Assembly (NCBI GenBank): GCA_963827685.1
Contig: CAWHBU010000003.1
Coordinates: forward strand, 1,024,001 to 1,088,000
Length of the DNA stretch: 64,000 nucleotides
DNA from: an uncultured delta proteobacterium
GTDB lineage: Bacteria > Desulfobacterota > BSN033 > UBA1163
Direction: 5' to 3'
This document shows, piece after piece, positions 1-10,121 of the stretch. Numbering within the stretch: position 1 is the stretch's first letter; each line of letters begins with the position of its first letter. The translations under genes were made by a program, and so were the position numbers. Below the pieces are notes generated by a model that saw only the letters and a program-made list of their open reading frames with translations, did not search any database and was not told the origin of the DNA.

Positions 1-256
1 CGCCATCCAATTAAGATCCTCCTCCCAATTCTCATTGACACCCTCTACAGAATTCAGGAGCAAAGACCATTCAGACAAAAGCGGTAAGAATTGACGGAAA
101 AGTTGATCCCAGACTTGGGAGCAACAATTGCCCTTCTCCTACGTTACGAAGTTACCTATTGACAGAACTCCTCCTTTCTATAGTAATATCTATTCGTTGT
201 AGGTAATGGAAGGTAGTTTGAAAAATCCATTTCAGTAAAGAAAGGAAGGAAAATGT

Positions 257-421
257 ATGCCCAGTTACGACTATCGATGTGCGAAATGCAATAAGAAGTT
301 TACCGCTCTTCTTAGCATCGGAGAACACGATGCTGGGAAGGTGAAGTGCCCAAAATGCGGGGAGAGAAAAGTGGAACAACTCATCACGGCTTTTCAGGTA
401 AAGACTTCGCGAAAGAGTTAG
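257..421 (+). CDS. FmdB-family zinc-ribbon protein (54 aa; not in ORF track)
   Basis: Manual translation MPSYDYRCAKCNKKF...VKCPKCGERKVEQLIT; MPxYxYxCxxC...CPxCG signature; purine-rich RBS upstream. Confidence 0.85.
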   Translation: MPSYDYRCAKCNKKFTALLSIGEHDAGKVKCPKCGERKVEQLITAFQVKTSRKS

Positions 422-597
422 CGAGGTAGAAGGCAAATTTCAAATGCCCAAGTTCAAATGCCAAGGACGTGAAAGATGTCTTCAAAAGAGTTGTTTTAGT
501 ATTTTACCCTCCTACGCAAAAAGCCACAGTCTTTTAGACCATGGCTCCTCCACCTGACCACTCGACTCCTGGGATCCTTGAACCCTTTTTTATCCGT

Positions 598-1995
598 TCA
601 TTCGATCGCCGGAACCGTGGGAGGCGTCTTGATAATCACATCCTTTTTCCATCCTCCCGAATAGTAATAAGCAAGACTGATCACCATCACAAAAAGAAAG
701 CTGAAAGCGACAGAAATCCAGATTCCTGTAATGCCTAAGCTCGTCTTTCGTGACAGAAACCACGAGCCCGGCACCCGGATGAACCATAAGGACAAGAGTG
801 AAAAGGTCATGGTGATGATTGTATGGCCTGCTCCATTGATTACGCCATTCGAAATAAACATAACGGCAAAAAAGATATAACAAGACCCCACAATTCGCAG
901 GTAACTGACGCCGATTCGCATGACCGCTAAGTCACCCGCAAGCCCAAACATCTTCAGAATAAGTTCAGAAAAGAAGACAGCAATCACCGAAATTAGAATG
1001 GTGATGCAAGAGATCATGATCACTCCCCACTTAAATATCTCTTTTACTCGGTCAGGTTTACGGGCCCCGAGATTTTGTCCTGTCAGGGCAGAAACGGCCA
1101 TACTCATCGATACGGCCGGCATCACGGCAAACATATCCACTCTGGCGACCGCGCCAAAGGCATTCGTGGCCGTACTGCCGAAGAAATTGACGAAGGTCGT
1201 GATAAACAATGCGCCAATCCAAACAAGCATCTGCTGAACAATCGAAGGAAGACCTATTTTAAAAATCATCGAAGACATGCGCCCGTCGAGAAGGAGCCTT
1301 TTGGGATGAAAGGCAACCAGGTGGCTCTTCCAGTTCAAATAGACGATGCTGATGATTAAAGCGGTCGCCTGGGATATCACACTTGCATAGGCCGCACCGT
1401 TCAGCCCGAGTTTTGGAAATGGACCAAACCCTCCTATCAGAAAAGGATCCAAAATGATGTTTAATCCTATGCCGGTGGCCATAAAAGCCAGGGGAGTTAA
1501 GGTGTCACCAATTCCCCTGAGTATTGAATTGATCAAAAGCCCCAGATAGAGCAGAACGAAACCTGCCAGACTGATTTTCAGATAGCTTGAAGCTAATGTG
1601 AAATTTTCGGGGGGCGTCCCCATCAGTCTTAAAACAGTATCGCTCGAAAAGATGCCGGCAATGGTCAAAGCTAATCCGAGAATGATGGAGAGTGAAAATG
1701 AGGTGTTGACGGCCTTTTCCACCATCTTGTAATCCTTTGCGCCATAGTACTGGGAGACAAGGATCGTGGTGGCCATGGTGATGCCCATTGAAAATCCGAC
1801 CAGTATAAAAAAGATAGGCAAGCTGACCCCTACTGCTCCAACAGCATTTTCTCCAACCAAATTTCCCACCCATATAGTATTGACGAGACTGTAACCGATC
1901 TGTATCAGGTTGCCTGAAAACATCGGAATGGTGTAGGACAGAAGATGTCTGGGAACACTCCCTACCGTTCGATCAATTCCAAATTGCTTCTCCAT
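598..1995 (-). CDS. MATE family efflux transporter
   Basis: 465 aa, about 12 TM segments; RGIGDT..P and NIILDP..I.G motifs. Confidence 0.92.
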   Translation of the reverse strand: MEKQFGIDRTVGSVPRHLLSYTIPMFSGNLIQIGYSLVNTIWVGNLVGENAVGAVGVSLPIFFILVGFSMGITMATTILVSQYYGAKDYKMVEKAVNTSFSLSIILGLALTIAGIFSSDTVLRLMGTPPENFTLASSYLKISLAGFVLLYLGLLINSILRGIGDTLTPLAFMATGIGLNIILDPFLIGGFGPFPKLGLNGAAYASVISQATALIISIVYLNWKSHLVAFHPKRLLLDGRMSSMIFKIGLPSIVQQMLVWIGALFITTFVNFFGSTATNAFGAVARVDMFAVMPAVSMSMAVSALTGQNLGARKPDRVKEIFKWGVIMISCITILISVIAVFFSELILKMFGLAGDLAVMRIGVSYLRIVGSCYIFFAVMFISNGVINGAGHTIITMTFSLLSLWFIRVPGSWFLSRKTSLGITGIWISVAFSFLFVMVISLAYYYSGGWKKDVIIKTPPTVPAIE

Positions 1996-2162
1996 CTCTT
2001 CTCCTTTTATAAGGTGTAAATTTAATATATTGCGGTATTAATCTCCAATCTGTTTTTGTAACGGTTTGAATCTCCAGGAAGGAAGAAAGGCTTTGGTTAC
2101 CCGGAAATATTTTACTGCTCTATCGATGGGGATATGATGTAAAAGCAAAAGGGGAGGATGTC

Positions 2163-2309
2163 TTGAATTTCTGCGATCTCATGTGCAAATATGCCGAAGC
2201 ACCGAAAGAAACCGCTGTGGATGGCGCCGGCAGCTGTAGAACCTTTGTAGCACTCTATTATTCACGCAAAAAATCACTGGATGTTTCTTTCAGTAATCGT
2301 TTATTCTAA
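2163..2309 (+). CDS. Small Cys-containing hypothetical protein, possibly degenerate at the C-terminus
   Basis: GGAGG RBS then TTG start; MNFCDLMCKYAEAPKETAVDGAGSCRTFVALYY... Confidence 0.45.
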   Translation: MNFCDLMCKYAEAPKETAVDGAGSCRTFVALYYSRKKSLDVSFSNRLF

Positions 2310-2499
2310 TCATCAGGGTGGATTGTAGATTTGTAAGTGAAGTTCTCATCCCTCTTTCTGAAGATAATTTCCTGTACTCAATAGAACGCCCTTCTTCCCT
2401 TCCAATGCAGATTTCAACCAGATATCTTCAATTTGAGCAAAGTGTGGGTATTGGCAAGCTATATAGAGACGAAGCCTTACCTAAGGTAAACAGGCTTCA

Positions 2500-2620
2500 T
2501 CTACAGTTTCATGTGGCAGGGAACGGAGAAGTGCTATGGTAAGCCTAAACGGGCACGAACTGGAAACGGCAGATACAGCCAAAGGAATACCTAAGGTAAC
2601 TGGCCATTCCTCGACCCTAC
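2500..2620 (+). mobile_element. Group II intron 3' remnant (partial domain V plus domain VI)
   Basis: ...CAGTTTCATGTGGCAGGGAACGG...GGTAAGCCTAAACGGGCACGAACTGGAAACGGCAGATACAGCCAAAGG...CCATTCCTCGACCCTAC resembles group II intron 3' ends; no RT ORF present. Confidence 0.6.
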
Positions 2621-2813
2621 AATAAAAAGTGAGGAAATTGCCAAGAAAGTTTGCAATTTTAAAAAAGGGCATGTTCCTTAATTAAATCGTACTGGGAAGG
2701 GCTTTTTCATGATATGAAAGATCTCCTTATCATTTCAATCTCCTTATCATTTCATTGACAGACCACAAGATAAAGGGTTAGATTGAATTGAAATCCAGTC
2801 AAGGAGGGAATGT

Positions 2814-3335
2814 ATGGAGGTAAAGGAATTCGTTCTGAAGGCCCTTGAACGCACGTCAGTGTTGCTCGCTAATGCTCTGAAAGATGTGAGGCCTGACGAA
2901 CTGAAGTGGCGGCCAGGTCCGCAGGCCAACTCGATTGGTTTTATCCTCTGGCATGTTACGCGGGCCGAGGACAGGTTCATTCACACGCTTATTCAACAGA
3001 AACCTCAGGTCTGGGAGCAGCCGAAGTGGCGCCAGTTGCTCCCTAACCTGCCGAGCGACCCTGCGGCAACCGGTGGTGGATTCACCAGCGACCAGGTGGG
3101 GGAATTCCAGACGCCAAAGCAGGAAGACCTGATGCAGTATAACCAGGCAGTGCGTGCCGCAACCGTCGACTTCCTCAAAGATCTGCCACAGAATGAGCTG
3201 AACAAGACGATTGATCATCCGAGGCTTGGTAAGATAACCTGTGCCGAGGTCATAGCTCTCCTACTCGGAGAAATCAACTCCCATATCGGGCAGATGGACT
3301 ATATTCGCGGTCTGGCACAAAGTCTCCGGAAATAG
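2814..3335 (+). CDS. DinB-family protein (thiol S-transferase-like)
   Basis: NSIGFILWH...ED near N-terminus; HIGQMDYIRG at C-terminus. Confidence 0.85.
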   Translation: MEVKEFVLKALERTSVLLANALKDVRPDELKWRPGPQANSIGFILWHVTRAEDRFIHTLIQQKPQVWEQPKWRQLLPNLPSDPAATGGGFTSDQVGEFQTPKQEDLMQYNQAVRAATVDFLKDLPQNELNKTIDHPRLGKITCAEVIALLLGEINSHIGQMDYIRGLAQSLRK

Positions 3336-3544
3336 GTGTCAGCTCTTAAGTGGAGTAACCGGAGATAAGTAGTGTAACCGTGTGAATTTTGGATAGATGA
3401 CCCAAAAATGTTTGTTTCTTCCACTAATCAATACCGCAATGATCCCCAATGCTCGTCGAATGGCCATTTTTGCATTGGCCTCAGTAAATATTACCAACAG
3501 AAAGCATGTTATTGTCTTTAATCTGATCGATAATGTGAAAAGCT

Positions 3545-3722
3545 GAAAGAGATCCTTATACGCATGGGCAGCAGTATAAACGCATCCTACGCCACTAACG
3601 TACTGGGCTACCCTCAAAGTCTCCACGATTTCTTCCTTTGTGGCACCAGCTTTCATCGCCTGCAGTGTCAACGCTTTTACCCCTTCAACGGTTCCGTGTG
3701 AGGCATCGAGGGCCATTGACAT
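3545..3722 (-). pseudogene. 5'-truncated carboxymuconolactone decarboxylase/AhpD-like fragment
   Basis: MALDASHG..EGVKAL..QAMKAGATKEEIVETLRVA matches the C-terminal half of the family; N-terminal half absent. Confidence 0.6.
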
Positions 3723-3883
3723 CGTAGGGATTGGTTCAAAAGGAGATTTGATCGAAATGCGAAAACCCTGCTATTTACAAGGATAGGATTATCGATTATG
3801 GTATGAAAGAAGCTCTCAGGAAAAGAGGCTGTAAATAACACGACTACTCTTCAAGGCAAGACAAGCTCAAGGGTGGGATTTGC

Positions 3884-4375
3884 GTGGAGGAGCCAATGCT
3901 TTTAACGGAACTACCATTTCATTTACGCGGTTCCATCTTCCGGAGCCCGATGCCTTTTTCGGTTTATGATCCTCAAGGAGATTCTCTTTTTCAATTCAGG
4001 AGAGAAAAGGGCTCCCTGATTGTTCTTCTTGCTGAAGAGGAAGAGTGTGTGATGAGGACTGGACTAAATTTGAAATCTCTCTATTTGAACCAGGGATCCC
4101 AGGTGCTTCATCTACCCATTCCCGATTTTAAGGTGCCTTCGAAAGAAGATCTTGAAGAAGCGATCAAGAAGACGGTCGAGCATGCACTAGTCGGAAATAA
4201 TATCTTAATCCACTGCCATGCTGGATTAGGAAGGACGGGGCTGTTTGTGGCTTATCTTGCAAAGCGGGTTCTCGGTTTATCGAGCGAAGAAGCGATTCAG
4301 TGAACGAGAAAATATATCCCTCACGCATTGGAAACTGATGAACAGAGCCAGATGGTCATCGATGATTTGGCATAA
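3884..4375 (+). pseudogene. PTP/dual-specificity phosphatase with internal TGA at 4301-4303
   Basis: HLPIPDF and HCHAGLGRTG (CX5R) motifs; frame continues after TGA as TRKYIPHALETDEQ, a family-like C-terminus, to TAA 4375. Confidence 0.8.
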
Positions 4376-4398
4376 AGAGAAGGTGCTGAATATCATTC

Positions 4399-5388
4399 AT
4401 GTCGAAATCAGATGACACGGTTACTTTGGAGAGTTTCGACAGCCTAACTTCCTATTGGCTCCAATCCGAGTCTCTTTTGATGTGGGACTGTATTTTTGTA
4501 TTGCCGCCGTGGCTCGAAGTTTGGTGGCATGATTTCGGATCCGAGGCCGAGCTATATTTGGGCGCTATCAGAAAAGACGGGACGATCGCTGGCATCGCTC
4601 CACTTTTATTACGGGGAACAGAGGCCTCTTTCATCGGCAGCACCGATCTTTGCGACTACCTGGACTTTGTTATTGTTCCGGGGAAAGAGGTTGGTTTTTT
4701 CAATATTTTGCTTGATGACCTGCAGGGGAGGGGCATCAGGCGGCTGAACTTGAGGCCATTGAGGCCCAATTCAACTGTGCTCACTTATCTTGTAGGTATT
4801 GCAAGGGATCGGAATTATGATGTCTCTCGTAAAGTGGAAGATGTTTCTCTGGAACTGGATTTACCTCCTACTTGGCAGGAATACTTAAATACATTGACCC
4901 CAAAACAGCGGCATGAAGTAAATCGCAAATTGAGACGATTGGGGGAAGCAGGTGAAGTCAATTACCGTGTAGTTGAAGATAGTGACTCTCTCTTAGATTC
5001 CATGGATCTCTTTCTGAGGTTGTTCCGGGAAAGTAGGGAGGATAAGGCGATTTTCTTAACGAATCGGATTGAATCCTTCTTTCAGTCGCTCGTAAAGGCT
5101 ACGGCCCGGTCGGGGCTTTTGAGGTTCGGCATCCTGGAACTCAACGCATCACCTGTAGCTGTGGTCATGTATTTTGATTACAACAACTCGGTTTTTCTTT
5201 ACAATAATGGTTATGATTCTAAACATAGCTTCTTAAGCGTAGGGTTAATTTCGAAGGTCTTATGCCTCAAAGACAGTGTTGAAAGAGGAAGGAGTAAATT
5301 TGACTTCTTGAAGGGAGCTGAAGAGTACAAATATCGCCTGGGAGGCAGGGAAGTTACTCTCTATGGATGCGAGATATCTTTTAAATGA
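4399..5388 (+). CDS. CelD/BcsL-type (Acetyltransf_6, FemAB-like) GNAT protein
   Basis: DLCDYLDF, LDLPPTWQEYL..L..KQRHEVNRKLRRL and FDFLKGAEEYKYRLG motifs. Confidence 0.85.
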   Translation: MSKSDDTVTLESFDSLTSYWLQSESLLMWDCIFVLPPWLEVWWHDFGSEAELYLGAIRKDGTIAGIAPLLLRGTEASFIGSTDLCDYLDFVIVPGKEVGFFNILLDDLQGRGIRRLNLRPLRPNSTVLTYLVGIARDRNYDVSRKVEDVSLELDLPPTWQEYLNTLTPKQRHEVNRKLRRLGEAGEVNYRVVEDSDSLLDSMDLFLRLFRESREDKAIFLTNRIESFFQSLVKATARSGLLRFGILELNASPVAVVMYFDYNNSVFLYNNGYDSKHSFLSVGLISKVLCLKDSVERGRSKFDFLKGAEEYKYRLGGREVTLYGCEISFK

Positions 5389-5412
5389 GCGGAAACTGGA
5401 CTGTAGGACAAG

Positions 5413-6693
5413 GTGTCGGACCGGCAAAAGTGGGGTTCGAATGGGAGCAGTGAATTGAAGATCGCGATGCTGAGCATTCACAGTTGCCCCTTGGGTAAGG
5501 TGGGCGAGGAAAATACAGGAGGGATGAGCGTCTATATCCGGGAGCTTGGCCGTGAACTCGGGAGACGGGGCCATCTCGTCGATGTGTATACACGCACCCA
5601 TGAGCCTATACACGATCAGGTAGTAGAATTAGGGGAGAATGCACGACTGATCCATTTCAAGGCAGGAGAGGAAGAAACGCACAAGTTGGAACTCTATTAT
5701 CATCTCGCCGATTTCACCCGCGACATCGAAAATTTCAGGAGAGAGAGTGGACTTCGGTATGATCTGATTCATAGCCATTATTGGCTTTCGGGCTTGGTTG
5801 GGGAAAGGCTGCAGGAGTTGTGGGACATTCCGCATCTTATCGGGTTCCATACCCTGGGGGCGGTCAAGAATGCAGTCGGTATCGGTGAGGGTGAACCCGA
5901 GCTTCGTATCAACGCCGAAAGGAAGCTAGTCAAAGATTGCCACCGCATTATTGCTTCTACGGAGAAAGGGAAAGAGGATCTCATCACCTATTACGATGCT
6001 GCCCCTGAGGCGATCAGCATTATTCCTTGCGGCGTGAATTTGGATCTGTTCCGACCCATCCAGAGAGAAACTGCACGATGCCATCTTGGTTTGAATGGCG
6101 AAAGCATCATCGTCTTTGTAGGAAGGATTATTCCACTTAAGGGCATAGACAGCATGTTAAAAGCTATGACCTATTTGGAAGGGAAGCAGGGAATCAAGTT
6201 TGTTGTGATCGGTGGCGACGATCATAGTCAGGCAGAAATGCAAAGGTTAAAGAACCTTTCACGGACCTTAAGGATCGACGAGTCAGTCATTTTTCTTGGC
6301 TCGGTAAAGCAGGAAACGTTACCCTTCTTTTACAGTGCTGCCGATTTATGTGTGGTCCCATCTTATTATGAAAGCTTTGGACTGGTGGTTTTGGAATCCC
6401 TGGCCTGCGGAACACCCGTCGTAGCCACGAAGGTTGGCTGTGCAGAAAGTGTTATCCGGTATGGTGAGACAGGATATGTCGTGACAGACAATGACCCTGG
6501 TAGTCTTGCAGATAAGATATCACGGTTGCTTTCAACGCCAAATGGGAACCCAGATTTTGTTCACTCGGTTCGGGCGTCCGTAGCTAAGTACAGCTGGTCA
6601 AATATCTCCGAAGCCATCCTTGAAGAATATCGCAGCATTCTATGGGATTTCTCTACTAAGGCATGCAAAGGAGTAGAAGAGTTCCGGGTTTGA
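5413..6693 (+). CDS. GT4 glycosyltransferase, MshA-like
   Basis: IAMLSIHSCPL....TGGMSVY, YDLIHSHYWLSG, FHTLG.VKN, PSYYESFGLV.LESLACGTPVV. Confidence 0.88.
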   Translation: MSDRQKWGSNGSSELKIAMLSIHSCPLGKVGEENTGGMSVYIRELGRELGRRGHLVDVYTRTHEPIHDQVVELGENARLIHFKAGEEETHKLELYYHLADFTRDIENFRRESGLRYDLIHSHYWLSGLVGERLQELWDIPHLIGFHTLGAVKNAVGIGEGEPELRINAERKLVKDCHRIIASTEKGKEDLITYYDAAPEAISIIPCGVNLDLFRPIQRETARCHLGLNGESIIVFVGRIIPLKGIDSMLKAMTYLEGKQGIKFVVIGGDDHSQAEMQRLKNLSRTLRIDESVIFLGSVKQETLPFFYSAADLCVVPSYYESFGLVVLESLACGTPVVATKVGCAESVIRYGETGYVVTDNDPGSLADKISRLLSTPNGNPDFVHSVRASVAKYSWSNISEAILEEYRSILWDFSTKACKGVEEFRV

Positions 6694-6724
6694 CAAGGCT
6701 CATCGACAGACAAACCGTACAGGC

Positions 6725-7657
6725 TCAATCCAGTCTCTTTTCGTACCACAGGCTGCTTTTCCAGAGCTCAAATCCAACCGACCTGTAAAGAGCACGGGCT
6801 GCTTTATTCTCACGATCCACCGTCAACACAGCAACTCGAAGACTCTTGCTCTTCAAATAGGAGAGCCCGGCAAGAAGAAGTTGCCTGCCCAAGCCTCTCC
6901 CGCGGTAATCTGGATCCACGCCCAGCATATAAATGCGGCCGGTCCCTTCGCCCGGGGCTTTCTTCTTCCAAAACTCAATCCTCGTCCAACAATAACCAAC
7001 GGGTTTATCTGAATCGAAGATCAAAAAAATGTCGTCCGGAGAGGAGTTGGGAAGATTGACTCGATAGGTGATCTCTTCGATCGTGTTGGGATTGAATCCC
7101 CAAGTGCCAGCGAAGGAACGGTTTTGAAGTTGCGTCAGTCTTCCTTCTTCGCCGGGCTGTAAGGAGCGACATCGGGAGGCAATCTTACTGATTTCGGGCA
7201 AAACCATCTCGGCGAGATCCAACCTGAGCTCGAGAAACCGGCGGACGAATGTAAAACCCATGCGGGTGAGAAACCGTTTAGCCGTGACGCTATCTTGAAA
7301 GATGTTTACATGGAGGGTCGTGATACCCAACTCTCTCGTACGGTCGACAGCGCAATTGACGAGCCTTCCGGTTAACTCTCCTCTGCGATGACGAGGATGG
7401 ACCAACCACCTCAAAACAGCCCGTCCGATGTTTAACTCCGGCTTCACGTCTGCATAGCCGGCAATTTCCCCTGACCTCTCTGCGATAAACAGGTTATCCT
7501 TAGAAGAAGGATCGGACTGACTCAGGCTTTCGAATAAGTCTAACGAGGAAAATAAGCAGTAGGGTCGCCCTAATTCCTGAACTTCAGTCAGCAGTTGGGC
7601 TAATTTCTCAAAATCCTTAGAATCATAATTTCGAATGGTATAAGTGAAATTCCTCAT
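6725..7657 (-). CDS. Tandem-GNAT acetyltransferase, mycothiol synthase MshD-like
   Basis: Two GNAT domains; GYCWT...GRIYMLGVDPDYRGRGLGRQLLLAGLSYL...LTVD.EN.AA..LY. Confidence 0.8.
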   Translation of the reverse strand: MRNFTYTIRNYDSKDFEKLAQLLTEVQELGRPYCLFSSLDLFESLSQSDPSSKDNLFIAERSGEIAGYADVKPELNIGRAVLRWLVHPRHRRGELTGRLVNCAVDRTRELGITTLHVNIFQDSVTAKRFLTRMGFTFVRRFLELRLDLAEMVLPEISKIASRCRSLQPGEEGRLTQLQNRSFAGTWGFNPNTIEEITYRVNLPNSSPDDIFLIFDSDKPVGYCWTRIEFWKKKAPGEGTGRIYMLGVDPDYRGRGLGRQLLLAGLSYLKSKSLRVAVLTVDRENKAARALYRSVGFELWKSSLWYEKRLD

Positions 7658-7742
7658 TTTCGACTGAAAAATCCGAGAGTAATTGTAACAACCGTTTTGA
7701 TATTATACAATTTTTACAATTTCACACAAAGGAGATAGACCC

Positions 7743-8440
7743 ATGAAAAAGAAGCTAGCTCAGGTGATGGTGGTTACTCCTCATCCAGATGATGCAGAAT
7801 ATGGAGTTGCCGGAACTGTCGTTCGCTGGGTCAACCAAGGGAAGGAAGTTGTATATGTAGTGTGCACCAATGGAGACAAAGGCACGAGCGATGCCCGCGT
7901 AAAGCCAGAAGAGCTAGCCAAAACTGGGAGGAGGAACAGATCGCTGCAGCCAACTTGCTGGGCGTGAGGGAGGTCATTTTCCTCCACCATCCCGATCAGG
8001 GCTTGGAAGATACCCCTGAGTTCCGTAAAGAGATCGTCCGCCTCATCAGGATGTATCGGCCTGAGACCGTTGTTACTGCTGATCCTTACCGACGCTATAT
8101 TTGGCACCGGGATCATAGAATGACCGGACAAGTTACCTTGGATGCCATCTTCCCCTATGCCAGGGATGTCTTTTCCTACCCGGATTTGACGAAAGAAGGG
8201 CTCGATCCTCATAAGGTCAAAGAGGTATTGCTCTGGGGAACTGAGGATGTCAATTACCGTTCCGATATCACCGAAACCTTTGATGTGAAGCTGAGCGCGC
8301 TGCAGTGTCACAAGAGTCAGGTAGGGCACATCCCGCTCCAGAAACTGGAAGGACGACTGAGGGAACGACATAGCTCATTAGCGCAGGGAGAAGAGTATGC
8401 GCTGGCAGAAGGCTTCCACCGGGTAGAGATATTATGGTAG
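7743..8440 (+). pseudogene. PIG-L family deacetylase (MshB/BshB-like), split by a 1-bp frameshift near 7925
   Basis: PHPDDAE and CTNGDKG in the first frame; EEEQ.AAA.LLGV, HRDH and HKSQ in the second frame. Confidence 0.82.
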
Positions 8441-8456
8441 GCCATTCAGCAAATGG

Positions 8457-9098
8457 TTAGGATGAAAGCCAAAGCACATCCCCGAACAGGTTAGGATCAT
8501 GCGGGCGGGAAGAAAAGACAGAAAATTCCTTCTTTTCTTTTCCCAGTAGAGTAGAATCGCCGTGGCCAGGGTATATCGCAGTATCATCAGGCAAGACAAA
8601 GATCTTGCTGGTTATTGATTCGATGATTAGCTTTAGATCAGCCGGTGACCTTGTCTTCCCTGGACCCCCAGGAAAGATAGTGTCACCTGCAATAAGACGG
8701 TTCCCGAATAAAAAGCACAAACTGCCAAGGGTGTGACCGGGCGTGTGAAGGACTTTCAAGCTTGTCTTTCCGAAAGGTACTTTTTCACCGTCTTCAAGGA
8801 GAATTTCCGGTCGAAGTGGCAGACCTTTCGCGTCCAAGCGATGAGCACCAATGGGAATCCTCAGCTTGGACTTTATCTCACTTAGTGCGCCAAGGTGATC
8901 CATATGGTTATGGGTTATTAATATGTATTTAGGATTAGTCTCTTCCAACGCCTTGAAGATCTTGAGGGCTTCTGCGGGAACATCCACCAACACACTGTCT
9001 CCAGTTAGGGGACAAGTCAATATGTAGCTGTTCGTGTCGAAGGGTCTTAATTTAAGTCGATCGATCTGAATGGTCTCATTTTTTGCTACGCGGTCCAC
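8457..9098 (-). CDS. MBL-fold metallo-hydrolase (glyoxalase II-like)
   Basis: THNHMDH, HTPGHT, GDTIF and PGHG motifs. Confidence 0.9.
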   Translation of the reverse strand: MDRVAKNETIQIDRLKLRPFDTNSYILTCPLTGDSVLVDVPAEALKIFKALEETNPKYILITHNHMDHLGALSEIKSKLRIPIGAHRLDAKGLPLRPEILLEDGEKVPFGKTSLKVLHTPGHTLGSLCFLFGNRLIAGDTIFPGGPGKTRSPADLKLIIESITSKIFVLPDDTAIYPGHGDSTLLGKEKKEFSVFSSRPHDPNLFGDVLWLSS

Positions 9099-9584
9099 TT
9101 GATTCCCTCAGAGAGATGATAAATTCTCTTTTTCAGTATATGTCGGGATCAATTTCGTATATCGATATCACATTAAGGAGAAAGTGTCCAAGGCAATTTT
9201 AGAATGCACGGAAAAAATTTCTAGAAAATCGCTGAGTGAAGGTTCATTTCAAAATAGAATTCTTTTTTGCATAAAATACAAGGTTCTCTTCCTTTTTGCA
9301 ATTGCTGCAAGTGTTGCTGTTGAGGCATTAGACGCGGAGTTACCATGTTTCTGACTGTGAGTTAAGACATCTTAGAACGCTCAATTTCTGCTATCTATCA
9401 TCTGTTTCCGATACTTCAAAAAACCCGCGATCTGATTTTCATATATTCACCTGGGATACCTGATTTCTACCAGTAATCCTCAACTCGAGATGACTGCGTA
9501 GGCTGAGGACTTGTAGGTGTAAGGAGCAGAGACTCGAGGAGCCGGATATCGGTCAAGCTTCGATAGAAACCTCACTTGAAAAAA

Positions 9585-10052
9585 TCAGATCTGTTTGGGT
9601 GGTAAGTTGTCTTGGCCTTCAACTTTCAAATCAGGGACGATCATCATCGTCGCTGTCCCATGGGCTAAGAGGTTTCCTTCTGCACTGTTGATGTAAGTCT
9701 CTCCCAGAGCCAAAGTCTTCCCTATCTTAATGCACCTCCCTTTTGCCACAAGCTTTCCCTTTTGAACCGGGGAAAGATAATTCACCTTAATCTCAACTGT
9801 AGTAAGCCCCATACCATCCTTTACTTGAGGGAAGACGGCCCAAAAGGCTGCTGCGTCCATGACAGAAGCGATGACACCTCCGTGGACATGGCCAAAAGGC
9901 TGGAGATGCTTTTCGTCCAGATCAATCTCCAAAACGGCGGTTCCCCATTCGAGGTCCTTTATCTCCATCGAGAGAAGTGAGAAATAGGGGGATCGGTTTA
10001 CAACCATGGATATAGCCTCTTTGTATTTCGGGTTTAATGAAAACTCAGACAT
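9585..10052 (-). CDS. PaaI-family thioesterase
   Basis: HLQPFGHVHGGVIASVMD and TTVEIKVNYL motifs. Confidence 0.9.
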   Translation of the reverse strand: MSEFSLNPKYKEAISMVVNRSPYFSLLSMEIKDLEWGTAVLEIDLDEKHLQPFGHVHGGVIASVMDAAAFWAVFPQVKDGMGLTTVEIKVNYLSPVQKGKLVAKGRCIKIGKTLALGETYINSAEGNLLAHGTATMMIVPDLKVEGQDNLPPKQI

Positions 10053-10121
10053 TATATTTTCTCCTCTTGATAATTGATAAGGGAAGCATGAAATAATTTA
10101 CACTTCGATCCGTCAGAAAAT

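Noticed and set aside
1-87. Open frame at the window start (RHPIKILLPILIDTLY...)
   Set aside because: Possible gene tail but too short to assign
510-590. ACGCAAAAAGCCAC hairpin as a c-di-GMP-I riboswitch
   Set aside because: Lacks the upstream GGCAAAC...GAAA stem and lies between convergent gene ends
4301-4303. TGA in the phosphatase as a third selenocysteine
   Set aside because: The position is far from the catalytic Cys and fits Trp (AIxWxR); no clear SECIS hairpin
9100-9580. Long intergenic region as a possible ncRNA
   Set aside because: No recognisable structure or motif that I can support
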